Source: Geosiphon pyriformis uo1 (lineage: Eukaryota > Fungi > Glomeromycota). Taken from it: a stretch of 64,000 nt of DNA. The first letter of the stretch is position 1, and the number at the start of each line of letters is the position of its first letter. The notes beneath the pieces were generated by a model. The model was not told the origin of the DNA. It did no database searches and saw only the letters and a list, made by a program, of their open reading frames with translations. The DNA lies in assembly GCA_016748015.1 (NCBI GenBank), contig JAAOMT010000630.1:263254-327253 (forward strand). Direction: 5' to 3'. The translations under genes and the position numbers were made by a program. Shown one piece after another: positions 1 through 14,820 of this stretch.

Positions 1-2900
1 TTAAAAAAAAATAAAAAATTAATTTTATTTTTTATAAAAAAAACTCAGCTTTAAAACATAAAAACTAATATTAAAAACACCAAAAAAAAATTTTTGCACT
101 TTAAAAAAGTTTTTATTAAATATAATAAAGATTTAAAAATATTGTTTTTTGGTTAACTTAATTTTTTTAATTATTTAACAATAATAAGAGAAAAAACAGA
201 AAAAAAGATAATTTAATTATTAACTTCTTATTAAAAACTTTAAAAATTTAAAAAAAACAAAAATTATATTAAAATTATTTAAGTGGGTTTTTTAACAGAA
301 TTTTAAAACAAAAAAAACTTTTAATTAAAAATAAAAACAGTATTTTAGAATTAACAAAAATTCAGTTTATTATTATATTTATAAAAAATATTTTTATAAA
401 ATATTATTATAATTATAAATATTTTATTTTAGTTATAATTATAAAAATACAAATTTTTTAATTATTTTTTTAAATTTACTAATATATTTTTTTTATTTAA
501 TTTAATAAATAAGATTTAAATATTATTTAATAAAATAATTTAAAACAAACATATATTATGTACTTAATATATATAATTAATTATTTAGATTAGTTAAAAC
601 AATATTATAAATCTATTTTAATTAAAATATTATTAACAATATTTAAAAAAAATACATATAACTTATATATTTTAAAACAAATACATAAGTTTTTTACAAT
701 TTTAAACAAATTTATAATGTTATTTAAAAGTCAGAACTCAAGTTTATAAATAATAAAAAACACAAAACTATTTTAAAATATTAAGTTACTTTTTATAATA
801 AAAGTTTTAAGTTTTAAATAAACCAACCAAATTTTATTTTGATAAATCATATTTAATATTCAAATAAATTTTACAATTTTATTATCAACTACTATAGTAT
901 TTTTAAAAATTGAAAAATTTTTTTAATACTAATTTCTAAAAATAAAATTTTTATTTAAAGTTATATATAAACTAATATTGTTTATATATAAGAAAAATAA
1001 CTGTAAAACACTCAAAAATAACTGGCACAGATCTAATATAAATATTCAAAAAGTTATATGTAAATTCCAAAGACTTTTATAAATCTTAAAATTAGTATTA
1101 TATAAATACAAATAATTAAAAAATTCAATTTTATTACAATAAAAACACAGAACACTACAATAATACCTATTATAAAGCTGTTTTTAAATAGTAATTAACA
1201 AATATTAGTACAAAGATTTTATAAAATAAAAATGTAATTTTATAATAAATTTACTTATATGGCTTAAAATTATATGTAAATTAAGATGCCAAACCAAAAA
1301 TAATTTTTTTTAATTAATATTTTTCATCAAAATTCTTTATAATCACATTAATATTAAAATTAACTTTCTAATAAGCTTAATATAAAGCTTTGAAAATATT
1401 CTAAACTAAATAATATGTATTACTTAAAACAATTATGTTAACTGTTTTAATATATTTTTTATAAATATAAATAAAAAGCATAAGACCAATTAAAAGCAGT
1501 TAGCTAATATATTAACTCTTATATTAATTAAAATATTAATATAAATTCTAATTTTCAACCAAGTAATACTAAAATTTTTATTTTTTATAATATTTGTAAT
1601 ATAATATCTTTCTAATTAGTAATAATTATAAAAATTTGGCAAATTCAAATCTAATTTAAAAAAAATAAAGTTTAAAACAGTCTAATTATTGAAATATATT
1701 ACTATTAAATTAAAAACAAAACAGATTTTAAGATTAAACAATTACTTACAACTTTATAAGTATTAAAAAAACAAATCATCTATTTTAACTTTAATGTTCA
1801 AATTTATGTTAATAAAAAATACAATTTTGTCTTTAATTTTTAATAAACCAAAATTTCTTAAAAACTTATTTATATAAACATTAATAATATTCAAATTAAC
1901 ACTAATAAGACTTTTTTTTACTAAAAAAAACTTATTAAAACCAATTATATTAAAAAAATATAAACTATTAACAAAGAAGAATATGACATAATAAATAATA
2001 TTAATATTTTAAAATTAATTAATTATTAATTTTAATAAATTAAATTAAATTAAATTATTTTAGATTTAAAAATAATTTTATTTATAAGTTTTTTTGTAAA
2101 AAAGTTAACTTTTATTGTAAAGTTAATACATATATTTTGAAAAATTAAAATTAAAATTTTTTATAAAAATTAATTTTTATTATAAAATAATTATTAAAAT
2201 TTATTTAAATAAAAATTAATTATTTTATTATTATATAAATTAAAGCAATATAAATTAAAAAAAAACAAATAAAAATTAAAAAATAATCTATATTAAATAC
2301 TTAAACATAAAAATAAGCAATAAGAAAAAAAATAAGAAATTAAACTTTAATTACTTAATGTTTTTTTTAATTAAAAAAAAAAGGTAATAACTTTTATTTT
2401 AAAAATAAAATAATGATTTTTAGTTATAACAACATAAATAAAACCTTTAATAAAAGTATTTTTAATTAATAAAAGTTATTATTATTTTAATATATAATGT
2501 TTTATATAAATCAAAAATATTTAATTTGTTAAAATTTTTAATTATCATGTTAATAAAAGTAATTGATTTTGTTAATTATATTAAAAAGTCAAACAATAAA
2601 AAACACTGTAGGCATTAAAAATTAGTAAATTTATATTATATTTGTATTTAAAACCAATTATTTATTATATAATATAACTATTTAAATTTAAAAAATTGTT
2701 TTTTAGAAAAATTATAGGTAAAAAATATAAACAGCATTTATTTAAAATTGTATTTTATGTAAATAATGAACAAATTAAAAAAAATCAATCAGAACAATAA
2801 ATATCTTAAAACACAATTGCTTTTAATAATACATGTATAATAATAATTTGTTACGTATTTTAAAATTAAATTTTAAAATTTGGTTACAATAAAATTTGAA
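1..2900. repeat. Extremely AT-rich, G/C- and CpG-depleted degenerate block, probably a hypermutated repeat/TE or gene relic
   Basis: No ORF of 60 aa or more. By eye I found no CpG before about 2854. Non-tandem, coding-like texture rather than a simple satellite. Confidence 0.5.
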
Positions 2901-2955
2901 ATATATAACTTGAACGTTAGAATTCTATTTGGATGTTTTTTTTTAATACATTTAA

Positions 2956-2958
<3 letters not shown>

Positions 2959-2996
<38 letters not shown>
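2959..2996. repeat. (TTA)n microsatellite
   Basis: Perfect TTA run just downstream of the PACT gene stop codon. Confidence 0.9.
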
Positions 2997-2998
<2 letters not shown>

Positions 2999-3052
2999 TT
3001 GCATCAATATTTGGAAATTAAATTAAAATTTGAATAGTGCATTACTTTATCG

Positions 3053-6000
3053 TTATTGCTGCTTTTGCCGTTGTATAAAACGCTTTAATTCGCGGGATTG
3101 AGCCCAAGAATTCTTTAAAATCCTAGAAATAAAGGACAGATATTTGAGATGCTTCTATTTAATTAATGAATTTCAGTTATAAATAAGATATTTAAACTGG
3201 AATTACCGCATTCGTTGAATAGCTATCACGGCTGTGACTGCGCTGCGAAATTTAGCTAATGATCGTGACGCTTGGGTAAGTGTAGTAAAATTGTACAGAC
3301 TTGAATGTATCATTGAGGCCGCGGTTTCACTAATTAATTTATTATAACTTTTTAAAATTTCGAAGTATGATAATATTTCGCAGTTTCAATTTAAATATAT
3401 TGAAAAGACTCACCACGACTCAAACCCACCAAGAAGTAATAGAATGAACTTTTTTTGGTAACTAAGATCCGCTCGCAACCCAGATTCACGTGAAAACTTG
3501 GCTTTTTGATACTGCACCTCTTTAGCAAGAAGAGTTAGTTCATCTGCATGCCTTTTACGTTCTCGGTTCAGCTCAGACTTTAATTTTTTTTGGTATCGGA
3601 CTAGTTCCGACTATCAAATTCACGCGATTAAGAATTAGTATGAAATACAGAATTTTTTGCCAAGTCTCAATTGAGTGCCCCAAATTGTTGGAGACCCAAG
3701 TGGATTAAAATCCCTAGTGATGGATATTGACTTTTTAACTTGCCTTAAAATCATCTTGTGGTCCAATGTTACAATCCGCCAAATTTAAATCTAATGACCA
3801 AACACCACTCCCATTCAAATGAGTTTTTTCTATCATGACAAGCTGTTGTTTTGTAATTTGAATTTCTTCTTCAAGCGCGTTTATCTCAGTGCGTGCGGCC
3901 TCCTGGGTTTCTTTAATGCGATTGTTTGCAAGAGATAATTCTCGATTGAGTTGTTTAATTTCTTCTCCATCCAAAGCCTGGATGAAGAATTAGGAAATGC
4001 CATTTAATCAAAAATGACTTTGTTCCGGATCCAGGATAATGAGAAAATTGAATAAGCTTACCCCCTTACGTTGGCTAATTATAGATTCCAATCTGGAAAT
4101 TTCGATCTGATGCTCATTTCGTTCATGAGCGAGTGTGTCTTGTAATTGTTCAAGTTCCTCGCGGTGTCGATTGCACTCTTCCTGAACAACCTGCAATTCA
4201 TCTTCATAGCGTGATAGTTGATCTTTTTTGTCTTGATGATCACGCCTTTCTGATTGCAATTGTTCAGTCAGATTTTGTATTTCAACTTCAAGAGCCTTCA
4301 TATGTTCTTGATGTTGACGTACTTCTCTTTCAAGATTCTCTTTCATCTAAAAGAATCGTATATTTAGAATTTTTTGATCAATATGATTAAAGAAGCCAGG
4401 TAAAACTCACCTCATCAACCATCATATATCTCCGATTCAACTCTGTTTTCTCTTTATTTAAGGTAATTTTTTCCTTGGTTAATTTAGTCAACTTGTCTAT
4501 AGTATCTTGCAATTCTTTTTGGAGGTCTGCGATCTTTTGAGTTGCTCTTTCAGAGTTAACATCTTTTTCTACATTAATCGATGTGAGGCTTATAAGTTGA
4601 TGATGGAAGAGATGGGTAAAGAAAATCATAATTATAGCAATAATTGATACCCTTCTGCAGCCGTCGACAACGAGTTTCCAATTCGACAATAGAAGAATTT
4701 TTTTTTCGATACCGCTCAGATTCCTATTCACAAATTCTTTATTAGTAGCCATTAGGCACTTTTTTAATAAAAAATTTTTATTTGAACCATCTTACTTTAT
4801 GGAAGTTATCCAATTGTTGTTGTAATTGGGTTTTGTCCTTGGCTAACGAAGCCTTTTCTAATGTTAGAAGCTTTTTGCTCGCCATTGCAGATTGAATTTC
4901 AATTTCTAGGTCTTTGATCTTGGCGATAGATTTTTCAATCTCCTAAAAAAATAAAAAATTGATGAAAGATATATTCATCCTAATATCATAAACAAAGCCT
5001 AGTATTTTATGAATATCAAATGTATTTATAAACTACAAACTTTTCGATAAGAGTTGATATCCTTTTCATAGGACTCTTTTTGTAATTTTAATTTTTTGTT
5101 CAACCCTTCTTTTTCTTGCTTCCATGTATCCTCCGTTTCTTTTTGGTTTGCATCAATTATCGCTAATTGCTGAGCCTTGGCCTTTGTAATAGACTCGGTG
5201 AGTATAGCACGTTCTTTTTCCCAATGAAGCTTCAAAGCATCAATATCTCGAGCATTTTGATCTATCATAGCTTCGTGTTCACAACGCAATTTGCCTTCAC
5301 TCTCAATCCGTTTTTTGAGAACCTCATTTCCTTCCTTATATTTCTTTTCAAATTTTTCACCACAAAGTTTAAATGACTGCATCTTTGCTGAAAGATTTTG
5401 AATTTGTAATGTCAAGGTTTCCACCTCGGTTCGTAGCTCCTGTTCTTTGCTAGAAGCTGTAACCTTCATTTCTTTCATCACTATTCGCAATGATGTATTA
5501 GCCTCAACTTCTTGTTGCCAAAGTGTATGAACCTCTTGTAATTGTGATTGCAAAGCACCCAGACCGTTAGGATCAGCTTCCCTTTTATCTACATCAATAG
5601 GATTTATTATAGTGTTCAACGCTGCCCGTAAGCTTTGGATATCGATTTCACTGCGTTTGAACAATTCTATAGTTGCTTCATAATCAAAAATTATTTGACT
5701 CTGAGTTGCAACCAATTTTCTTAATTTTTCCAAATCTTTTTGATGGGAATCAACTTCTTGGGAAATTATCTCAGAGTTACGGACAGGCTTCGAAAAAACT
5801 TTTTCTTCATCCCCGGAAGCGGTTATTAATCCGGCTAGCTGTTTCATTTGCATGGCCAAGTGCATATTATTTGCCGTCAATTCATGAACACCCGTGATTA
5901 GCGCGCCAAGTCGATCTGTTTGATACGCATAATTTTCTTTTACAGCCTCGCTGTTGCTCTTGAATTCTGCTTTATTGAGGATGACGAATGATGATATAGC

Positions 6001-9000
6001 TCAATTATTTCTAGAGTTGAGACCAAAATATATCAAATTGCAGAAATTAAATCGAATTAAAGACCTCTCAGAGCCTTTTGGAGAGATCCAGTTAGGATTT
6101 CTATTTTTTTGGCGGTATTTTGCAAATTGGGTGTTATTTGTTCAAAGAGATGAATTATTTCTTTTGATTCCGTAGACCGAGCTTCTTCATCCATCACGTT
6201 AAAGGCAAGATTTTCAATGCTTGATAAAAATTGGGCGGGGTGCTTGAACATATCATTTCCAGCAAGGACAATAGCTTGCAAGTCCTCTCGACTAATCACC
6301 AAAGTATCATCTGTCGGTTTTGACGAATTACGAGCAATGTGACTCAATCTGGTGTTTTGTCTTTTTTGCTTTTTCGAAGGAGAATCTGTTAAAGCTTTGG
6401 AAGCAAGCCTTTTCAGAACATTGCCGCTATCCACCATCATCCGCTGCATTTGAGAAGCTTGTTGAGAAAGTCCTTCAAGCAAGTTCTGTACGTTTTTCAT
6501 ATGTTGTGATCCTTTGATTGGTAATGTAACTAAATCATTACAATCTTGATTAGCTCTCAAGAAATTATTTTGCTGTGATACGACTCGAACTAATTGATCA
6601 AGGTATTGCGCCGTCTGCATATTCTGGTTCAAAGTAGCCTCAATTTCTTTCTCCACACTTGTTTGAAAGAGAACATTTATGAAGAAAAGAAACAAGAAAC
6701 GTATTAAAAAAGTATTAATTGACTGAAAACTCACGTCATGCTGTGGTTCGATTTTGCGCCGGTGATGGTAGAGGTAGTAGTGGACATCATATTCATTTCC
6801 TTTTTACCACCACACTGTCCACACTTGTAATTTTCCAGTTCTCTGATGTACTCTTCCCTTCGATTAAACTCTTCTTGGATAATGTTCATCGACTTTTCTG
6901 TATCTTCCATCAATTCTTCTATGCTGCGTATTTTCTGACAGGTCTCTTCTAGAGCGCTGGAAAGACCACGAGCAACTGCAATCGCTTGTTCCAAATCGAT
7001 ATTTTTTGCTTCTAATCTCTGGTTTAAATTACCTATTTGAGATTTTAAAGATTGCAAACACGGCTTTAATGATCTCATCTTTGCATTATTACGTGCAGGA
7101 ATTGATCCATGGAAAGAAACTTCAGCATTGGTCATACGTGGGAGTTCACGCGAAAAGGAAATATTCGAGGCCTAGAGAAGACAAATGATTAAGCACAATT
7201 TTTGAGAAATCTATTCTTAATGCTTAAATATCACAGCATACATTTTCCATCCTCAATGTTAAGGCGTTACCCAACAAACCACTGATGCCTTCAATGATTC
7301 CACCACGAGTGCTACGTCCAGTACGAATAGTGTAAAATAAGGATCTAGATTTGTTTTGCTCCTTTATTAATTCTTCTTCCCTCATTTTCAATACTTTTTC
7401 TAATTCTGACTTTTGATAGTCAAGATCTTGAATTCTCGCATCTTTGATATCATCTTGAATTTTTAGAGCAGCCTCAGTTATTTGATATTTAAGTTTTCCA
7501 ATTTCATTATAGGCTACATCCAACTTAGCATTTAACTCGTCCAACAAAAGTTCATACTCATTCACAATAATATGAGAACGTGATGAATTCTTTGATGTTT
7601 CTGGTAATGTATCATTATTTTCTTCCTGAAGTTGTTCGATGAGTATCAATTTGGATTTCATGTTCAATTGATTCAGCTCTAATTTAGATTTTAGCTCAAT
7701 CACTTCATTTTCTCTCAATAAAACTTGTTTCTTGGCATGATCCAAAGCCAATCTTAAATTATCAATCAAAGAAATTTGGCTTTCTTGGCTGGCCAACCGA
7801 GAAGTTAAAGATGCCCGTTCAATACGCAATGCCACGATTTCACTTTCCAAATGCAACAATTTCTCTTCCTCTAACCGAAGATTTATGGCCTCGCTATTTC
7901 GAGGTTGTACAATTTCGGCGGATGAAGGATCAGGCATTTCAGTCAACCGAATTTCTAATCGCGATTTTTCATCATCGAGCTGGTGCTTATCATGATTCAG
8001 TTTGTTATTCTCAATTTGAAGGCGGGCAATCTCATCTCTTAATAGACCCTTATCTTCTAATATATCATCATCGGGATTAATTTTCGTGTTTACTACAATC
8101 TTCTCGTAACTGGGGATAATGTTTGTATCATCGGGATCAGATAAAGAGGTGCGTTGAGTTTCCAAGTTTCGGACCTCAGAATTTAATTGGTCAATGTAGA
8201 CGATTAAATCATCTTTATATTCTTCCAACTCTTCTGCTTTTTTCAGCAAATTATTAGCTTCTACTTCTGTTGCTTCCATTTGTTTTTCTAGATTATTCCT
8301 TTCGTTTGTGACTGTTTCGATATCTTCTCTAAGTTCTTCGTTGATTTCTTTTATCTGTCTAATAGCCTCGGCCATTTCAGTACGTTGTTGGGCAAGCTCA
8401 TTTTTCTTCAATTCATATCGATCATTTAAAGAAGACAATTCTTTGTTTTTGCTATTTAGTGTGTTCGACAAATCATCCACTTGTGCGGATAATTTTTCAC
8501 GCTCCAGAGTTAATTCATCTCGACGGGATGAGTGCTCATTTCGTTGATTTTCTAACCATCGCCTCTGCTTCTCCAAATTACGCACTATTTCACCCAAATC
8601 CTTGAGGCGAGGCTCTATCCTCTTTTGCTCGCTTTGATATTCTTCAATCCATTCTTGTCCTTGTGCCCGAGCCATGGCCAATTGTTCACCAAGTTGTCCT
8701 ACCTCATCCTCTAAACCACCAATCTGTTTTTCGGCCTTTTCTTTTGTATCAATCAACTCAGATTCTAATTTTGAATTGATCACTTCTAGACGTTCAACTT
8801 TGTGTTTTAGCTTAATATTTTTTCCTTCTAGATCACCAAATTTATTTTTAAACTGTTCCAACTGTTTTTTAAGTTCATTATTTTCTTCTTGAAAAAAATC
8901 TCGTTCCTCTTGAAAGGTAGTGGTCTGATTTTTAAGTTCTTTCACTTTATCCTTCAATTGAAATATTTTCCCGTTAGAGACCTCCATTTTATACTCGGTT

Positions 9001-9542
9001 TCTTTGTGTTGCTTTTTAATTTGAAGTTGAAATTCCCCCAGTTGACCTTCAAGTTGTTCTAATTTTAGATCAGAGGTCAATTTTTCTTCTTCAATGGCCA
9101 ATTTTTCTTCTTCAGCCAGTTCTTTTTCCGTTTCAAGCTCTTCGATGCGTGCTGCCATATCCTGAGATTCTTTTTTGAATTGTAACAATTGGATTTGCAA
9201 AGTTTCAATTTGCTGTTGGGAATCTTGAGGGGAAATTTGTGAAGGGCTGGATCTTAAAGAATTGTTAACTGTCTCCTCCTGGACATTGTGATTATGCTCT
9301 TCTTCAAACTCGGGAGAAAGATTTTGGTCAAAATGGTTGCCTTCCCCGTTATCAAGAGAGTCAGAGAGATGTTGAGATTCAACCTTCTGTGAAGCACTTT
9401 GAAGCTCAAAAGCAAGCGTGTCAGGTGTAAAGAATACTTCTTTGTGATTTTCTTTTGTAAGTAAATGGGGTGGAAAGTGAGAAGCATGTTCCGTTGGAAC
9501 TTGTAATGCGTTTTCACTGTAGTTTAAGTCTCCAAAATCCAT
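3053..9542 (-). CDS. pcp1: Pericentrin/Pcp1/Spc110-like centrosome or spindle-pole-body coiled-coil protein with C-terminal PACT domain (multi-exon)
   Basis: Chain of minus-strand coiled-coil ORFs (7224-9656, 6731-7135, 6057-6734, 5026-5880, 4387-4752, 4008-4346, 3735-3974). Hand translation of the small 3' exons gives QKAKFSRESGLRADLSYQKKFILLLLGGFES and LAKFRSAVTAVIAIQRMR, the PACT and calmodulin-binding signatures. Ends ...FIQRQKQQ* at 3053. Likely start MDFGDLNY at 9542. Confidence 0.85.
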
Positions 9543-10984
9543 TAGTGTTTGCGCGGTTAATTCAAGTTTCCAAGTCCTGACAAAAGTAAACAGTAGAAAG
9601 TTGGTACTACATTCTTTGCATAATCTATTTTCTGACAAGATAAGCCAGACTTTCAATAATGTGTAATCTATAATAAAGATTAATTAGCCTTAAAAAGTTA
9701 AAATTATAAATTTATTTATATAAAAAAGAAAAAAAAAAAGAAAAAAGAAAAAATGCAAAATACCTATTATTCAATGAATAAATATTTCAAACAACAATAA
9801 TTTATTTCAAATTACATAATACTTTATTTTGATATATTAATAATATATGAAATTTTTTTTAACTTTTAATCAATCAATTTTTTAAAAAAAATATTTTCAT
9901 TTATTTAAAAAACATAAATTCATTCACAATTTAAAATGATAATTTGAAAATTTTGACAAACATAATATTTTTATACATTGTTCAAACTTTTAAGAAACTG
10001 ATAAAAAGATGATAATTTAATTTTTGTTAAATTGAATAGTTTTAATTATATAATTAACAAGTTTTAGTAGTTTTTATATTGTAAATAAATAAATAATTAA
10101 TAAATAAATAATAAATAATAAATAATAAATAATAATAAATAATAAATATAAATATATATATATATATATATATATTTTCAAGTAATTTATTTACCGTTCA
10201 TTATATGATCTTTTAAAAAAAAAAATTAAAACGAGATATTTCTTTTTTTGTTCGATCGAACAAAATAAAAAAAAAATTTTTTTCTTTTTCCGGGGTTGAA
10301 ATTCTTTCGATTCAAAAATATTGTGTTAATTCATATGAATGAGAAATACATTTTTAAATCAAGATTTTCAAATATATGAGTAAAAAAATATGAAATTTAA
10401 TTTAATTAATTGATTTTAGACTAATTTATCAAATGTTCCAAATTTGATTTAATATTTCGCAAAAATTCTTCCTCGTGTAAATGACCACACATATTTTTTA
10501 TATTTTAAAAACAAGAAATTCTCCCAAAATGAAATTTCTGTCTAGCTTAAATTTTATCGAGATTTAAAAAAGAATTAGATAATCTTTCAAATAAATTCCA
10601 TGTTAATCCATGTGAAAGTTAAAGTTTATCAACTTGCAGGAAGCCCTTTTTTTGATGACAAAATTGACAGATTTCACAAACTTCTTGCTTCGAATCTAAA
10701 CCCTCGACGTAACCTTTTTTTAATTATGTTGCATTACATTAAAAAATTCATTAAACAATAAAATTAAAGATCCCAAAAAAAGGTTGAAGAAAAGGCTAAA
10801 GATTCAAAGTTTCACAACATAAAATGATGTTGATTTAATGATGTTCGAATCGATCGATTCGGAAAATCCAAAGGAGAATTTTTTATTTTCCAGGTTTCGT
10901 TAAGTAAATTGTCTTTTTGCTCAACAAAAAATTAATCGTCATATTGTTGTTATTTAATTTACTACTTACTTTTCTTTCCATTAT

Positions 10985-11052
10985 TCAAATCAAATCAAAT
11001 CAAATCAAATCAAATCAAATCAAATCAAATCAACTCAACTCAACTCAGCTCA
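10985..11052. repeat. (CAAAT)n/(CAACT)n pentanucleotide repeat
   Basis: Direct reading. It generates the spurious ORF 10917-11114. Confidence 0.85.
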
Positions 11053-13179
11053 ACTTACTGTTTCAAAAAAAAAATTTTTTATCATTTTCCGTCTTTTATT
11101 ACTTAACTAAATAGATGTCAAAATATTTGTAAACAAAAATCATACAACAAATGAGATTTCCTCTTATAGGAGGTAATGGATAAAAATAGGATAAACATAA
11201 TCCAATTATAATGTATCATAGCCAAGAAAAACTTGATTCTTTGACAGATTTGAAAAATTGAGATTCAAAAAAAAAACAAAAACAAAAACAAAAACAAAAA
11301 CAAAAATAATAACAAAAACCAAACTCTCCTACCCCCTTCAAATTTTTATTACATCATTTTAATAGTTAATAATAGTTCTGTTATATTTTTAATGGTAGAA
11401 ACGATATATCATTTTCTTTCATCATTTAATCAATGTGATGTGTATTTGCTTTTTGTCGGTGGATCGCTTCAGAATTTTTTTTCTTTTCTTGTTTACTACT
11501 TTATTAGAATTCATTTATTGAAACTATTTATACATGTTTTGGGTAGTGTAAAAAGGTAATCTTAAAAGAAAAATCAATCATTTTCAATGCATACATTCAA
11601 TGATTACAAATTTTGATTGAATACTTACGATTTTGCACATTTTCTGAAAAGTTAAACACAAATTTTGATTTCTTGTAACCTCTTTGACACTATATCTGGT
11701 AAAACAAAAAGAAAAAAAAGGAAAAAGAATGAAAGAGCCACAGTTACACTTATTCTAATCAAGATTAAAAAATCTTGAATCGGGTTTTTGATTCAGAAAA
11801 TTGTTCGAATCAAATCAAAATCAAAATCAAAATCAAAATCAAAATCAAATCAAATCAATTATTAGTGAAATGTATGCATTTCGAAATCTTTATTTGCAAT
11901 TCAAAATTACCATAATGTGTATCACTGGGAGTCAATGATAGGCTTGTACTTTACACTTTTTTTTAGCATTAATACAATTAAAATAATATTTTTAATTCTT
12001 TTTTTATTCTACACCAAAAACTTGTTAATTTTCTTACCAGATTTAAAAATGATAACCGATAGAATAGTCCCACCGAAGGATACACATATTTCATTAAAAA
12101 ATTGTATCATCATAATTTATTTTGTAACTCGCGATGTGTCAAGTTATGAATCAAAAATCTAGATATATTTAATCTAAGGAATAAAATATTATTATTAATA
12201 TGTGTGTGTGTTTTGTCCATGCGACGAAAATCAAAAAACTTTTTTTACTCTTCTCATCTTTCGAGAAATATGAAAAGCACTGCTTACCCCGTACAAATAA
12301 AGTCAGATTTAGTAAATGTGATTAATATAAACTTTTAATCAAATCTCAATAGGACTTCTCCTTTTATTCTCTTATTTCTTGGTTGCTTTCATTTACTTAT
12401 GTCCAATATTTCAAAATATTTTGCTCCTCGATTTTCAAACACTTTATAGTTTCCCCACCGATTAAAGTTTTCAAAAATTCAAACATTAAACAAACACATT
12501 CAAACATTAAAAAACGAAACGAAACCCAAACGAAGTTACGAAACTCGATTATTTTCAAAAATAATAACAAAAATCGTCTACGCGTGGAAAATCTACCGAT
12601 TTTCACTTTTAATTAATTTCATCATCATTGTCTTGGTGTAAATTTTAACCCCAAATCTTTAATTAAATTTTTTCATAGCCTCACACACGTATGAACTCTC
12701 GCTTCTCGGTCTTTCATAACCTACATATCATCCTAGGATTGTTTGATTATATGCCTCTCAATTTCTATTTGAAAAATCTTTGACGCCAAAATGAAATCAA
12801 TCTCCTAGAAAAAGCAAGACTTACAACCTATTATTGATCAAAATTGAACATCATTTAATTCCGTCAACAGAAAACTCGTTCTTAATCGAAAATTAAATAA
12901 TTATCAAGTTTACCCGAAATCTTCCAACATTATGGAAATCAATTTTTTGGGACGAAAATCAATCAGATGCTGAAAAACTAAACCGCTGAAAGAGTTCAAA
13001 GAAAGTCGTTATATCACATTTCCACACTTAAAATTAATTGTTTATCCATACAAAATAAGCTGTAAAAAAAATTCACACAGAAAATTTCTTCCTAATTTGA
13101 CCTCAAACTTTTTTCATTATTTACATTGGGCACATTTTCGTCCATTATAATATATAGAAACTTCTTAACCCCTAAAATA

Positions 13180-13448
13180 ATGAAACGGTCGTCAAAATGC
13201 AAAGAGACTAGACTAATGCTAGTAGCCAAATCTATTTTATCTACTAGCATTACTCGTTATAGTTACCCTACTATTTCGGTCCACAATTCCTCGCCGATGA
13301 TGGTGATATGGCAAAGGATCGTCTCTAAATTTCATCCCCATAAAAACTCTTCCTCTTCTTTACTGTTTTTCTTTATAATATTTATTACCGTTTTAACATT
13401 ACCATCTTCAGTTTCAGCTCAAAATAAATCATCAACTTCTAGTAATAC

Positions 13449-13499
<51 letters not shown>

Positions 13500-14820
13500 C
13501 AATAAAAATAATAACCCAATATTGACAGAATCTTCATTTGCCTTACCTTCTTCATTTCCTACTTCGTCATTATCTCCTCAGTCATCATCGGGAGTTATTT
13601 TTGTCTCACCATCCACCTCTACTTTTTCATCATCATTATCACAAAAACCGGAAACTTCATCGTCATTATTAACAAGCACCGTTGCCTTTTCTCCTCCTCA
13701 AATTCCTTCCACTTCTTCAACTTTTTTTTCAAAATCTTCTTCAATGACTACTCAACCAAAGACTTCTTCTGAACCATCATCAAATTCGTTAGATATACCA
13801 CAAAGTAATTCTGACTCGTCAATATGTATCACAAATTGTGTAGTACAATGGACTGTGACTGTTGCAATAGGTGCATTTTTTTTCGGGATAGTAATCTGGC
13901 GTATTTACCTTTGTTGCGCATATCAACGCAAAATTCATGAAAAACATAGGACTCTTAGACGTCCAGGTTATCATTCTTCTATTCCTCCTTCTTCTCCTCT
14001 TCTGACCGCTATTCCAACCGCTCTTCAGTCAAAACGGATTTCCACTTATTCCAATGATAACATGAGTCATGGATCAATGATGTTATTTCAACAACCAGGC
14101 GCAATACCAAGAGTTTATAATCAACGTGCATCAATGGTTTCCGCGAAATTTCATCCTACTTCTCGACCACATTCTATCATCTCGATCAATAATCAGATGA
14201 CAATGAACGCTCCGCGTAGATATTCTACCACATCTTCAAGTTTACCACCACATCGTAAAAGTTTTTACGCAGCAGAACGTAACTCAAGTAGTGGATTCTT
14301 AAATTCACGAAATTCTTTACTCGTACCACAATCATTGACACCAACATCACTCAAAGACCGTGATTCACCAGATTTAATGTTCTCTAACTCTTCAAATCTT
14401 TCTTCAGACACTTTCATAGAGAATATGACATATCTTACTGAGAAACAACTTAGTGATGGAAATAGTAGTGCTCATAGTTTGACTACATCCTCAATAAATA
14501 ATGGTGGAGGGTCAGAAAATGGTCTGGCAACGAATAACAATGAAATGGCAAATTCAACTTCACATTCTCGCCAAAATAGTCAAAGAAAATCATATCTTAT
14601 AGCGTCACGTGATGTGGAAATTTTGATCGATGAGAACAATCCTGCTGTGGAGATTTCTTCGGAAAGTGATTCTTCTTTCTATCAACACGAATATGAAATG
14701 GATATTGAGCAACAAAAATCACATAGTCAAAAAATTTCTCGTGCACTTCGTAATTCAATGCATTTAAACCACATCCTTGGTTTGGAGACCGATGACGATG
14801 ATGATGAGATTGATGATTAA
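13180..14820 (+). CDS. Type I membrane protein with Ser/Thr-rich ectodomain (Mid2/Wsc-like cell-surface sensor architecture)
   Basis: Intronless ORF. Hydrophobic signal-like segment LLFFFIIFITVLTLPSSVSA-Q, poly-Asn, S/T/P-rich stalk, one TM (WTVTVAIGAFFFGIVIW), juxtamembrane YLCCAYQRK and a long Ser-rich cytoplasmic tail. The true start may be the later MMVIW. Confidence 0.7.
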
